Assembly (NCBI GenBank): GCA_951406725.2
Contig: OX597821.1
Coordinates: 84,382,001 to 84,446,000, forward strand
Source of the DNA: Octopus vulgaris
Lineage: Eukaryota
Reading direction: 5' to 3'
Length of the DNA stretch: 64,000 nt
A program made the position numbers and the translations under genes. This document shows, piece by piece, positions 25,491-38,785 of the stretch. Position 1 is the stretch's first letter; every line of letters begins with the position of its first letter. The notes beneath the pieces were generated by a model that was not told the origin of the DNA, made no database searches, and saw only the letters and a program-made list of their open reading frames with translations.

Positions 25491-26643
25491 AGCCTGGGGA
25501 AGGGCGGGCTCTGCCAGGGTTCCTCGCTCTAGATATGCTACATGGCTGCAGCACCCCAACAAACCCCATGGGGTTAAGGGACTTGTCAATTGTCAATTCC
25601 GTCATCAACAAACATGGAATTGTATGTATCATTCCTAAGAAAAGCAACCCCTCTGATGATGGAAATAATCAGGAATGCTCTCAAAGCTTAAATATTTGTA
25701 AGTTTGTGGTCACAGTTTGATGTCAAAACTAGCATTAATAGCAGGGATATCTAGCAGTCAACAACATCAAAAAAATGTCCATAATCAGGATAAAGTTACA
25801 TCCTGGATGCCACTGGATGATCAAGATACTAACCTGAGGCTGGAGTGATTCAAGAGTGAAAACAAGAACAGTTTTAAGTTGAGCTAACACAAATTAATGA
25901 AGTTCTAGTCAAACATGTAGTATTTTATACAGCCAGAATATGCATTACCTGTATGACACCTGTATAGACACCTAATTTCAGTAGAAGCTCCAATCAGTCA
26001 GCTGTGATCTTCCTCATTGTTCAAAATATGCAGGAAGCAAATAGTAACCATTGAATACTTGAAAGTGAATAAAAGAAGAGATAGTATGAGATTTCAGGTG
26101 CGTTGCCATTGTGTAGCACCTGAAGCAAGTGTCTTCTACGATAGCCCTAGGCTGACCAAAGTCCTGTGAGTGGATATGGTAGATAGAAACTGAAAAAAAC
26201 CCATCATGTGTGTGAGAAAGAGAGAGTGAGTGTGTGTGTATGTATGTATGCATTTGCGTGTGTCTGAATGAATGAGTGAGTGAGAAAGTGTGTGTGTCCT
26301 TGTCTTAATATCACGTGATAGCCGAGTGTCAGCCACACAAACATGGAGAAGTGAAAGTTAAAGTGATAATAAAATGATAAATATGTCACAAGCAATGGAT
26401 ATGTAGAATGAATGCTTGCAGTATGGTCTTTTACATTCCGAGCTCAAGTTTTGCCAAGGTCAGTGAACCAAAGTACTGGATCCTTGGAATAACAGAGTCT
26501 ACTATTGCAAGTATTATGGCCACCTTTCTGAGGATAGCTTTATTCTTTTCCTCCATCCTTCTCATGAGCCTTGGAAAGATCATGGACAATTCTCTCCTTA
26601 TCATGACAATGCAATAGTTAAAAAAAAAAAAAAAACGTGCATA

Positions 26644-27022
26644 GGCGCAGTAGTAGCTGTGTGGTAAGTAGCTTGCTAACCAACCACATGGTTCCGGGTT
26701 CAGTCCCATTGCGTGGCATCTTGGGCAAGTGTCTTCTGCTATAGCCCCAGGCCGACCAATGTCTTGTGAGTGGATTTGGTAGACGGAAACTGAAAGAAGC
26801 CTGTCGTATATATGTATGTGTGTGTGTTTGTCCCCTTAGCATTGCTTGACAACCGTTGTTGGTGTGTTTACGTCCCCGTCGCTTAGCGGTTCGGCAAAAG
26901 TGACCGATAGAATAAGTACTGGGCTTACAAAGAATAAGTCCCGGGGTCGATTTGCTTGACTAAAGGCGGTGCTCCAGCATGGCCACAGTCAAATGACTGA
27001 AACAAGTAAAAGAGTAAAGAGT
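26644..27022 (+). mobile_element. SINE family A, young full-length copy
   Basis: GGCGCAG head to AAGTAAAAGAGTAAAGAGT tail with CpGs retained. Confidence 0.9.
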
Positions 27023-29402
27023 ACTAGGCTCAATTTGATATTCCTTCAAAGCATCAAAGTTGTGAATGAAATTTTAATAGAAGACTAAGACTACCAAAGT
27101 TGTTTGATTTCAAATAAACCAGCAGACATAATATCTGCACATTTACTTTGCAAATGTGTCCTTCCTCACCACCTTTTTTTTTAAAAAACCATACCAGATG
27201 ATTTAACGATTTGGCAGCTATTTCTAGCACATTGAGCGACCAGCCTGGTTGACATCAACATACCAGACAGAGTAAATAATGTGAAAACCAGAAATGTATG
27301 CTAGAAAGCACTGTGACAGTTTACTTGCTATTAATAGATAACATCTGATAAATGGGGTGGATGGGGTGGATGATGCTGCTGCTGTTAAAACAATGAGGAT
27401 TTCTCTTTCGAAACATGTCAAAACTAGAGTGCTATTTAATGGCAAAATTTGGTGAACAGAATACAAAAGATCTTTCACACTATGAAGCTTCATAGGCAAA
27501 TGAAATAGCAGTCAAACTGCATCAACGTTGTTTGGTCAAACAAGAATTTATAGGAGAATAGTGGCGGTGGTGGTGGTGGTTTGAGTAAGATCTAATACAA
27601 CATTGAAAGAATGTATAATGCTAGTGTCAGAAGAAATTCTAACATTCCAAACTGGGGCCTTCTACAGAGAGAGTGGAAGGTACCCCCACTTGAAGTATTA
27701 AAATTTTCTTGTGACACTAACATTACTATGATCCCCTTTATAACTTCACACAGACAACCAACCATAGCTAACTTCTATCGATCCAGATGGAGCTAATCAA
27801 GTTATTTTGATTCCAATTATTTCCAAGAATACAAAGATCAATTATTATGTTATGGCAAGAAAAGCAGCCATAAAGAATGTTGTCAAGTGAATGTAGACAT
27901 AAATATTACTTGACAACTAAGCTGGCTTTTTCTCTTACTACAAACAGATGGGGGTACTGAACAAACATAGTTGTTACCAACTCAGGCAAGTAGTAGAACA
28001 AGTAGGGCTGATATTAGATTGAGGAAGAAAATTCTGTTGGGGAAATTAATTCAGTCTCCCTTCTCTCCTTCTCTCACTCACTTCAGAGGAGGAAGAGAAG
28101 AATACAAAAAAAAAAAGAGACAAACTTAGTAGTCAGTAGCAGTAAATAAAGAAAAAAATAATAAAACTAGTGAACTGGTGTCTGAGGCGGTGAAGTTCCG
28201 GAGCTTAGCCTTCCTTTACAGGGTCACTAGCTCAGAGTTAGCTGGTGCAATAACCTATAAAATAAGATAACAGCTTCCTACATAGACTTACATTTTTGAG
28301 AGAGAGAGAAATAGTGAATAGAAAGGACATGAAATATAGTTCAAGTTTTTCTCCAAGGGCAGATAGCAATCAATACTAATTTCTTTTTTTTTTAAACTAA
28401 ATAGCAATCTTCTGTAAATTTCTAGGACACAGCGGAAGTAGTCTGAAAAATATTCTTTTTTTTTTCTCTCCTCCCTTTTATTTTCATGTTTCCTATTCTT
28501 TGTTTTTCTTCTGCCTTCTTTATCCAACAGAGCACTAACACACAAAGCACTGTCACATGTAATTGCTGAATCAATTCATAACCACACCCATTAACGTAGC
28601 AGCCACTTCAACTGCTTCAACTATGAATTGTTCCACTGGCAAGAATAAAAACCCATATCAATTTACCAGTGACAACAGGTGTTAACATCACCACCAGTTC
28701 AAAAATGTGTCTAGCAGCAACATGTACTTGTACCACTTGCTTTTCTTGGCTCTTGTTGCAGTACTCAACCAGTGAATTGCAGCTTCTGAGATGCAACTGT
28801 CAGCAATAAAATATCAGTAATAGTAGTATTTCAAAACTACAAGCAGCCAGAAAGCATGTAACAAAAAGGTCTTTCTGTCCAGGTGACTGCAACCACTAGG
28901 GTCTAGTTTGGATGGGCATCAAGATAACCAGAACGCATGTCTTAGGGATTGTTTGGAGAGGCACAGAAGTGCCATTAAAAAGAAAAAAAGAAAATATATA
29001 TAACAGAGAAAGAAACTTATGAATGGGGGAGGGGGGGATTGGATGAAATGTCTTCATAAGGAAACTTAGGGTTTTATTTCTTTATTCATAAAATTTACAT
29101 TAGAGAAGGCAGAAAAATTGTTGGTGGGTAAAACAATGTAAGCCCTCCTCAGGTGCAATGAAAAAATGTAAAGAACTTTTGAAAAAATGTTCTCCAGTAA
29201 AACTGTTCCAATGTAAATTTGAAACAAGTGATGTTGTAAGAAGCTCATCACAATAACTGAATCAAAGACTTAATATAGAAGTCGTTATTCAGTCACATGG
29301 TTTTGAACCTCAAACAGAACAACTTGGCAAGTATCGTTAATGTTTCCTGAGTTTAATCCATCCTAGATCAACTTCGCACTCTCTCCTTGCAAGGATTATT
29401 AA

Positions 29403-29850
29403 ATCATCATCATCATCATCATCGTTTAGCATCCACTTTCCATGCTAGCATGGGTTGGACGGTTCAACTGGGGTCTGGGAAGCCAGAAGGCTGCACCAGG
29501 CCCAGTCTGATCTGGCAATGTTTCTACAGCTGGATGCCCTTCCTAACGCCAACCACTCCATGAGTGTAGTGGGTGCTTTTTATGTGCCACCGGCACAGGT
29601 GCCAGACGGAGCTGGCAAACGGCCACGATCGGATGGTGCTTTTTATGTGCCACTGGCACGGAGACCAGATGAAGCTGGCAACGGCCACGAATGGATGGTG
29701 CTTTTTACGTGCCACCGGCAACGGCCACGTTCGGATGGTTCTCTTACGTGCCACCGGCACTGGTATCTCAGCTGCAATTTCCATTGATCGATTTCGATTC
29801 TGATTCTGACTTGCCTCAACAGGTCTTCACAAGTAGAGTTTTGTGTCCCA
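29403..29850 (-). mobile_element. RTE-type 3' UTR (family D) with four internal ~55-bp repeats
   Basis: (CAT)n tail on the plus strand; GGTGCTTTT(T)A(T/C)GTGCCAC unit four times; sister copy at 45817-46102. Confidence 0.7.
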
Positions 29851-30222
29851 AGAAGGGAAAGGAGACCAAAATACTTTGATTGGTATAATCAACTAAAACC
29901 TCTACAAGATGGTGCCTCAGCATGGCTGCAGGCCATTGACGGCAACTAGAAAAAGAAAATAACAATTGCAGGTACCTGAATTTATAGTGATCTTATCTAC
30001 CCAACATAAGCATTGCAGGTTCAGATCCCATCCCCTTCGCGGCACTATCTCTCTGATAATTCATCTACCTCAGAACATACCACTATTACCATCATTGTTA
30101 AACTGTGGGTGTACCACATGTGCATATATTTTACATGCTACACCACATTCATATTAGAATCTCTTAATAGCTGCTCAACATACAAGAAATAACATTCAAA
30201 CCAACCTCAAATCATTCCTTAA

Positions 30223-30444
30223 CCCTTTCATTACCGTATTTATTTTGAGATGTTTTGTATTTCTTTCAATTAATTTTAACTATAACAAAGAATTTCGTAA
30301 AATAACTTGGTTACAATTCTGCTAGAGTTAGGAACATAAATTGTGTCTAAGGTTTGGTGGAAGATTTTAATTCAGAACTTATGAAAGCAAGATATTTGTT
30401 CTACAGAGCCAGAGGTGGTTTCAGCCAGGTTGGTATTGAAAGGG
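30223..30444. mobile_element. piggyBac-like MITE (222 bp)
   Basis: TTAA|CCCTTTCA...TGAAAGGG|TTAA; homologous to 5834-6053. Confidence 0.85.
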
Positions 30445-31371
30445 TTAATGTCTTTAAAAAGTAAAAGACACATGATGTAGTTCTAGTAATATCATAACTG
30501 TAAAGTGAAGATGAACTGGAACACATTTGATAACCTTTCTGCTGATATGGAAAATTCTTCAGCTATAGGTCTGCTGGAATTGTTAATAAAGAACCAGTAC
30601 CATTTTAGAAGGGTTTTGTTTATATTCCATACAAAAATCTATTACATCCTGAATAACAGACATATTCCCATTATATATCGTGTGTATACACAGTTTTAAA
30701 AAATGTGTACAGTAATGATTCAATATACGAGTTAATTTGTTCCCAAAGATTGTCCGTGAAGCAAAAACTCGTAAAGCAGAGCAATAATTTCCCATAGCAG
30801 CAATGTTATAAATTGTAATTCATTCCCAGAAAGATATTTTACCTGTAAAATTTATAACACTCGTAAATAAATGGCAATAAAATAACATTAGGATGTAAAG
30901 AATATTTTATGTAAGAAAAATGAATATCAAGATCATTTATAATAAAAAAAAATTATTTTTATCATTTCCTGAATTACTTTCACTCACACTAGACTTGTAC
31001 ACACCACTTGTAGACACGATTGCCAATTCACAAGCACTTGTAGACAGACTTGCAGATTTCTTTTTTAGAAACATGTCTAGAGTTGTTTGCTTAGAAGAAG
31101 CTTTCTTTTGTTCTCTATAAATTTCTTGGTAATATGCAGAAGCATTAGTTATGGTAGTAGAAACTTTTGCACTTCATTCAAAATTTAGATCTTGTGCTTG
31201 AAAAATTAAAACTCATAAGCCCCAGGGTGTCATAAAGCAGGTCCTCCTAAAGTGAAGTGATTCTATATTTTCATATGTACAAAACAATCAGTGGTTGATT
31301 AAAGGCATCAAATAGTCCTTTATTCAGTCAATGTTCAGTGTTTGTATGGACAAAAAGCAGTTTTAACTGTC

Positions 31372-31517
31372 TATGGCTGTGTGGTTAAGAAGTCTGCCTC
31401 TCAACCATGTGGTTTTGGGTTCAGTTCCACTGAGTAACACCTTGGGCAAGTTTCTGCTATAGCCCCAGGCCAACCAAAGCTTTGAGAGTTGATTTGGTAT
31501 ATGAAATTGAGAGAAGC

Positions 31518-31549
<32 letters not shown>

Positions 31550-31790
31550 TGGTGTCAACTCTCCTTGATATCATGTAATAGTTATAAATAAGTGTCACTG
31601 TCATACAAGCAGTGTCATTCCTTCATTTCTAATGTTCTGCAAAAAAAAAAAAATTTGGTTGTGAAGAAATATCTTGCTTGAAAATAGATGAGGGTTGATG
31701 ACAGGAAGGGCACCTGGCTGTAGAAAATCTGTCTCAACAGACACTGTCCAACCCACACAACCATGGTAAAGTGGCCATTAAAAATGATCA
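31372..31790 (+). mobile_element. SINE family A variant
   Basis: Family A head, (TG)n and alternative 3' half. Confidence 0.65.
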
Positions 31791-31814
31791 CACACACACA
31801 CACACACGTGTTTA

Positions 31815-31847
<33 letters not shown>

Positions 31848-31849
31848 GC

Positions 31850-32266
31850 TCCAATTGTGGAGGGAACCTGTGAAAGGGATAGACGCAGGAAGACATGGGA
31901 TGAAGAGGTGAGAAAAGATTTTTGGATGCTGGGCCTCACTGAGGAGATGACAAGGGACTGGGATTTGTGACGATTTGCTGTACTTGAGAAGACATGCCAA
32001 GCTAAGTAAAATCTCTGTCATACAGGCTTGTCCTTTACAGGTGCTGGTACCACATGAAATGTACACATCCCAGTGCTCCATAGATGCATCCATGCCAGTG
32101 GCATATAAAAAGTACCCAGCACATTCTGTAAAGTGGTTAGCATTAAGAAGGGCATCCAGCCTTAGAAACCATGCCACAACAGACAGTTGGAGTCCGGGCA
32201 GCTCCCCAGCTCCTGTCAAACTGCCAAACATATGTCAGTATGGAAAACAGACATTAAATGATGATT
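31850..32266 (+). mobile_element. RTE LINE 3' end (ORF remnant plus family D UTR)
   Basis: VEGTCERDRRRKTWDEEVRKDFWMLGLTEEMTRDWDL*RFAVLEK followed by the family D sequence and GATGAT tail. Confidence 0.75.
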
Positions 32267-32319
32267 ATATATAATATATAAATAATTTATAAATATATCC
32301 ATATATACATATATATATG

Positions 32320-32525
32320 TACATACCTACATCTATATGTATATATACATGCATATATGGGTACAGGACATCAAAAAAACGTTGAACACAATGAAAAACC
32401 AAAACATAAAAACAAAAACATAGAAAACGAACTTTTTTTCAAACAATGAAAAAACAGGGTACAAGACATACAACACAAGGAATATTCCCCTTCTTCAGTT
32501 GTCCCTGTTTTGTCTACTCCGTGTT
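32320..32525 (-). mobile_element. (TA)n-associated repeat, probably Penelope-like
   Basis: Reverse-complement similarity to 63695-63900. Confidence 0.55.
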
Positions 32526-32799
32526 ACATGCACACACACACAATGTAGAGAGTGTTAGGAAGAAAAAGGATCCAAGCAATTTCAGTCTGAATTTATACAT
32601 TTAACAGAGTATTATCATCACCTTCATCGCTATCAATATTTCAAACAACAGGGTTAGTACAGATGATGTAGTTACAAGGCATGCCTTATGATGTTGTAAT
32701 ATTTGGTCCAAAATGACTGAACTGACTTTCCAACCGCTCACTGATACAATGGGATCAATTCAGTCACTTGCACATGCTCCTCAACAGAACAGGCCTTGA

Positions 32800-33074
32800 A
32801 TCTAGTTCAACCATCTTTAACCTATGGGCCCCATTGATTCCTATAGATGGACCTTCCTAGTTATTCAATGTTTAAAACATCCTATATTTTTATCATTAAA
32901 TTATTTATAATTTATAATTTTATAATTTGTAATATTATTTCGAATTGTATAAAATAAATTGTTAAAATATTTTATGCATTGGAGAAGTATAACCAATTTA
33001 CTGCAGATAAATTTCAACAATAAAATCTTATACGGGCCCTCAAGGACCATATGGGCCCAGGTTGAGAACCACTG
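32800..33074. mobile_element. hAT-like MITE
   Basis: TTCAACC..CCTATGGGCCC ... ATGGGCCCAGGTTGAGAACCACTG termini. Confidence 0.55.
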
Positions 33075-34663
33075 ATCCAGTTAAATAAATTGCAGCATAC
33101 ATAATGACGGAACAAGGCTCAGGTGCAATAGATCATAAGCTTCTGGGTTTCATTCATGGATCAGACAGCACATTGTGTTTATCAGCAGATATACATTTCC
33201 CACAGCACCTGTCCACTCAGCTGAAAAGCCTTGTGTTGTTGGAGCCCTCTCCAACCAACGCCCACCTGTCATATCCCCTATTTTCTGCTGGGCCAAAAGA
33301 TTGAGAGAGCTAAGAAACTGTTCACCAGTACACAGACACTTAAAACCATTAGCAATAGCACAGTACACACGACCAAGTGACATGCACTCTGCTAGTGATG
33401 GTTGTAATTTTTTTTGGTTTTTTGCTTTTACGCAGTTATGTTGAAGCAGGTTAACTGCAATATACTTTGGATTCCCAAACTTGCGAAAAGAAAGAGAGAA
33501 TAACTTCACTAATGCATTCAAGACAGGTACATAAACAACACAACTTGTTCTCACAGTCAAACATCTGGAGCAACACACCTTATAATACAGTCAATACAAA
33601 GCAAGAGAGGTTGTTACTCTCCGGGTTAGTGCTAATTGAGCTAGCATACGATAGAAATCATTCCATCCATGACCATCCCATCTTTTTATTCAAACAGTTT
33701 ATCTAGGGTTACATTACACCTTCCATTTTCTTAAAAATTGGCAGGATGTGAGTCAAGAGGAACTCCGGTGCTGCCAGTCCCAATCCTGGTTGAGACGGGA
33801 GGAGGGCAGTAGGTATAGAGTTAGCAGCTCTGCACAAACAATTTTCTACATCGCTAAAGAAATACCAGCAAGAGAACATATGAGGTCTCTTGTTGGTGCC
33901 CCATGCTCCACACGGGGTCAAAGGAATTAAAGAAGCATCAAAAGAGACTTGGCTGGTATTTCTAACAAGCTGAGTAACCAAATAAGAGTCTCGCTTGTTG
34001 ATTTCAGAAAGGTGAAGTATTTTACAGTAGTTGAATTCAGTTCATGCTTGCATGGGTTTCTGCCTTTCATCAGCCTCCCAGGACTGATGTTTGGAATAAA
34101 CATAAATAAAATGGAGTTGATTAAATTGTCTATGCCCCCACCTCTATAAACTTGGCCTTGTGCCAAGAATTAAGTCATCATCATCATCTAGAGGCAAGTC
34201 ATCACCATCATCATTAACAATCAACATCATTACCATTATTATTGTTGGCAGGTATTAAGATCTCCTGGTGCTAAATTCCGAGTGAAGAAATTGCAAAACT
34301 TGTTTCAACTTCTGACTGAAAACCTGCTTGATTCTACTCATGTCATTAATGCCCTTGGCATGAGAAGAAGGAGCGTAAACATAAAATCCCTAAGCACTGC
34401 ACTCTGTGTCCTTGGCAAATTCCAAGCAAAGGAACTTTTTTTTATAAAAAAAAAAGGTATCATGAAGTAGAAAATGAAGGTAGACAAGTCCTACCTTAGG
34501 TGGAAGGAGAGAGAGAGAGAGAGCCAAAGTGAGAAAATGGTTTCAACCACTCCTACAACAATTCCACTTGAAAATTGGAGGGAGGGCGTCTTTGCGGTGT
34601 TGTTCTCAGCACATTTCCCTTCCTAAGACTTTTATAAAACACACACACATGCATACACATGCT

Positions 34664-34711
<48 letters not shown>

Positions 34712-34785
34712 ATACGCTCTTTATATATATACACACACACACATATACACTCATAAGCATATATATGCTCATACATCTCTCTCTG

Positions 34786-34824
<39 letters not shown>

Positions 34825-35322
34825 CCCGTGCTAGCGCGGAAAACGGACGTTAAACGATGATGATGATGACATGCATATATGCACTCATACATGTATATCT
34901 ATACATATATATATATATACATACTCAAAAGCATATATATGCTCATATATATCCATCTATCTATTGATATATATATATGTATATATACACAAAAACACAT
35001 ACTGCACATATACATATTCATATGTAAACATATACACATATGCATATACATGCACATATAAATATGCATCTATACACAAACACACACACACACACAGAGG
35101 AGAAACAAACTCATAGAAAGGCAATGGTTGTTGAGCTCCAGATCAAATCCCATCAAACAAACCTATGATCCCATGACCATCCTGTCTTTCTGGTCATGCA
35201 TCATCTAATATGTCATTCCCTGGCATATTACTTGAGGCAAATTTGTCTACTGTTTCTAGTAGGTCAAGGGAGCATGTAGAAGTCCCCTCTAAACTACCCT
35301 AAATTATTTAGTAACCTTCTAC

Positions 35323-35720
35323 AGGTGTAGATAAAGCTGTGTGACAAGAAGTTTGTTTCCAAACCATATGGTTTCAGGTTCAGTCCCTCTGTATGGCAGG
35401 CACTTTTGGTAAGTGTCTTCTACTATAGCCCTAGGCTGACTAAAGACTTGTGAGTGGATTTGGCAAGAAGAAACTGAAAGAAGCCCTTCAAATGTGTGTG
35501 TGCATATGTTACAATCTCCTTTGACATTGTCTAATAGTTGCATGGTGATGACACTTATCATGTAAGCCATGTCCTTCATTCACAATATTCCATGCAAACA
35601 TGTATTGAAAACAGGTGAGAATTGGTGACAAAAAGGGCATCAAGCCATAGAAAATATGCCTCAACAAATTCCATCTGATCCATGTAAGCATGAAAAAAGT
35701 GGATGCTAAGACAATGGTGA
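35323..35720 (+). mobile_element. SINE family A variant
   Basis: Family A head plus alternative 3' half. Confidence 0.65.
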
Positions 35721-36325
35721 TCCTTATACATTCAGAGTTCAAATCTTGCTATAGCCAACACAATACAAGACACGTGTAAAGGCCAATTCCATCAAGACTA
35801 CATATAAATCTTACAAATTTCTGGTTTTGTGCCAACATAAATTGTTGTTACAGCTCTTTGCCCTACCCTTTTCAATTAAAAACTCCATTATCTTTTCTAC
35901 AATTAATGAATAATATTAATCTGTCACTTGAAACACTATACACCCATTTTATAACCCATTCTCTCCTCTCTCTCACTCCCCGCTTTCACCAGCTACCAGT
36001 GCCAGTCTTCTAGATAATTCTTACAATCAGCTCTTGTCTTGTCTATCTTTCAACAGAGCTTTTCCAAAAAGGGAGTAAACAAACAAGTCTTTCTGCTGTT
36101 GTTTACTCTACCTACAAAACCTCCCTGAAGCTGCATCCTATCATCCTTAAAAATAACAATAAGTGAAGGTGACTTTAGATAATGTTAGATATACTTTGTC
36201 CAGACACAAGATGGAGGTAGGTCACAGACTGGAATAGCTTTGGTCTGAGACTGGACTGAACAACAAAATTTGAACCACCAAGTTGTATGATCAATTACTT
36301 ACACCAGCACTGGACTAAGATCTAT

Positions 36326-36421
36326 AAGTCAAGTTAGATAAATATAACAGAAACACCAATACATATTAGGACAAGTCAAGTTAGATAAATATAACAAAAA
36401 CAGCAATATATATTAGGACAA
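36326..36421. repeat. Tandem duplication, 2 x 47 bp
   Basis: AAGTCAAGTTAGATAAATATAACA(G/A)AAACA(C/G)CAATA(C/T)ATATTAGGAC twice. Confidence 0.85.
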
Positions 36422-36926
36422 ACAGTTTCAAGTGACCAGTCCTACAGAACCTGCAGTTGGTCAGTTGACATGCTAGAAATAGCAGCTAAATTTCTTTAAA
36501 ATCATACTTTATCATCTTTAAAAAAAAACAAGAACAAATTGGATAGACAGGAAGGTCACAGCTAAGACACTTGTAATCATGGCTGTTCAGTTAGAATTGC
36601 ATTCACAATTAAAAGGTTTATTTCAACAGATTATAGTAATATATGTTTCTGGTGAGCTATCTGCACATTCAATCCCTTGCTTTACTCATTGCCAACTCTT
36701 ACAGGCAGTACCATTCTGTGCTATTTGTAAAGCACCCAGTACACATTGTTAAATGGTTGGCATTAAGGAAGGGTATTTGAGCATAGAAATCCTGCCAAAA
36801 CAGACACTGGAGCTTGGCACAGTGCTTTGTCTTTCTTGCCAGCTCCTACCAAACCATCCAACCCATGTCAGCATGGAAAACAGATATCAAATGATGATGG
36901 TGATCTTTCATTTTAAGGAACAGTCA

Positions 36927-37334
36927 GGCGCAGGAGTGGCTGTGTGGTAAGTAGCTTGCTAACCAACCACATGGTTCCGGGTTCAGTCCCACTGCATGGC
37001 ATCTTGGGCAAGTGTCTTCTGCTATAGCCCCGGGCCGACCAATGCCTTGTGAGTGGATTTCATAGACGGAAACTGAAAGAAGCCTGTCGTATATATGTAT
37101 ATATAGATGTATGTGTGTTTGTTTGTGTGTCTGTGTTTGTCCCCCTAGCATTGCTTGACAACCGATGCTGGTGTGTTTACGTCCCCGTCACTTAGCAGTT
37201 CGGCAAAAGAGACTGATAGAATAAGTACTGGGCTTACAAAAAGAATAAGTCCTGGGGTCGAGTTGCTCAATCAAAGGCGGTGCTCCAGCATGGCCGCAGT
37301 CAAATGACTGAAACAAGTTAAAGAGTAAAAGAGT
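36927..37334 (+). mobile_element. SINE family A, young full-length copy
   Basis: Complete head, internal microsatellite and AAGAGTAAAAGAGT tail. Confidence 0.9.
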
Positions 37335-37447
37335 ATCAATGAGCATAGGTTTACTTGATCAGGATTGATGAAGGAGCTAAAACAGCAATTCCAATAACCT
37401 GGTTCACTATAATTCAAAATAATAATTCAGAAAATGCATGCAATAGG

Positions 37448-37822
37448 GGCAGGCATGGCTGTGTGGTTAAGAAGCTTGTTTTGCAACCATGTGGTTTCAA
37501 GTTCAGTCCCACTGTGCAGCACAGTGGGCAAGTGTCTGCTATAGCTCCTGGACGACCAATGTCTCATGAATGAATTTGATAGGTGGGAACTCTGAAAGTC
37601 AATCAGATACACACACACACACAAAAGAGAGTCTTTCCCACCCACCCACCTTTTAACAACCAATGTTGGTCTTTACATCCACCATAACTTAGCAGTTTGG
37701 CAAAAAGAAACCGATAGAGTAAGTATCAAGTATTAAAAATAAGTACCAGGGGGCAATTTGTATGACTAAATCTTTCAAGGTGATTACCCAGCAGAGCCAC
37801 AGTCCAATGACTGAAACAAGGA
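37448..37822 (+). mobile_element. SINE family A, older copy
   Basis: Diverged full-length match. Confidence 0.7.
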
Positions 37823-37857
37823 GATAATGGGATTGCTTGGAGATGTCTACAGACATC

Positions 37858-38218
37858 TCTTTTACCCGTTTCAGTGTCACTGGAAAACAGCCCTTAGGTT
37901 TAATCAAACAAATCGACTCCAGTACTTTTTTTTTAAGTTGGGTAGTTATCCTATCAGTCTCTTTCACTAAACTGCTAAGTTAAAGGGACAAAAACCAACA
38001 CCAGTTGCAGATGGGAGAGAAACTAAGTCACATATACACACACACTCACACACAGAGTGGACTTCCACATTGTTTTTGTTGACCAAATTCACTCATAAAG
38101 CATTTAGTCAGCTTAGGGCTATAGTATAAGACACTTGCCCAAGGTGCTGCACAGTGGGACTGAACCTGAAACTACAGGGTTACAAAGCCAGCTTCTTAAC
38201 CACACAGCCACACCTGCA
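37858..38218 (-). mobile_element. SINE family A, older copy, tail-to-tail with the previous one
   Basis: Diverged full-length reverse match. Confidence 0.7.
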
Positions 38219-38537
38219 CATTTTTATTGTTTGTTTTTATATATATTTTATTCAGACATGACAGGTCAGTAGTCATGACCTTTACATGACCTTCAAGGCT
38301 GGTGGAGAAAGAGGAAGAAATAATGGGCTCATAGGTTAACCTCAAACCCCAGGCTCACAAAAAGCTCTCAAGGGTCAAAAGGTGGGGTTTAACTAACCTA
38401 CAGAAGAAGTCTACCAGCCAAAAACAGGAACAGTTCTTTCAATACCCCCCCCCCACGCACACAAAGTTTCTGCCGCTCCAATTTCACTCACATGGCTCAT
38501 GTTTTATGGTAGACACTTACTTGTCCAACATGTTATC

Positions 38538-38785
38538 CATCATCAGCACCCTTTAACACCTGTTTTCCATGCTGGCATGAGTTGGACGGTTTGACTAGAG
38601 CTGGCAAGCTGGGGAGCTGCACCAGGTTCTATTCGGTTAAATTTGGCTTGATTTCTACGGCTGGACAGCTTTCCAAATGCCAGCCACCTTACACAGTGTG
38701 TACTGGGTGCTCTTAATGTCTACTGTCATGAGCCCTTTTATGTGGCACCAGCATGAGTGCTTTCAACGTGGAACCAGCACAAAAC
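38538..38785 (-). mobile_element. Family D (RTE-type) 3' end
   Basis: TTTCCATGCTGGCATG..TTGGACGGTTTGAC...TTTCTACGGCTGGA. Confidence 0.6.
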
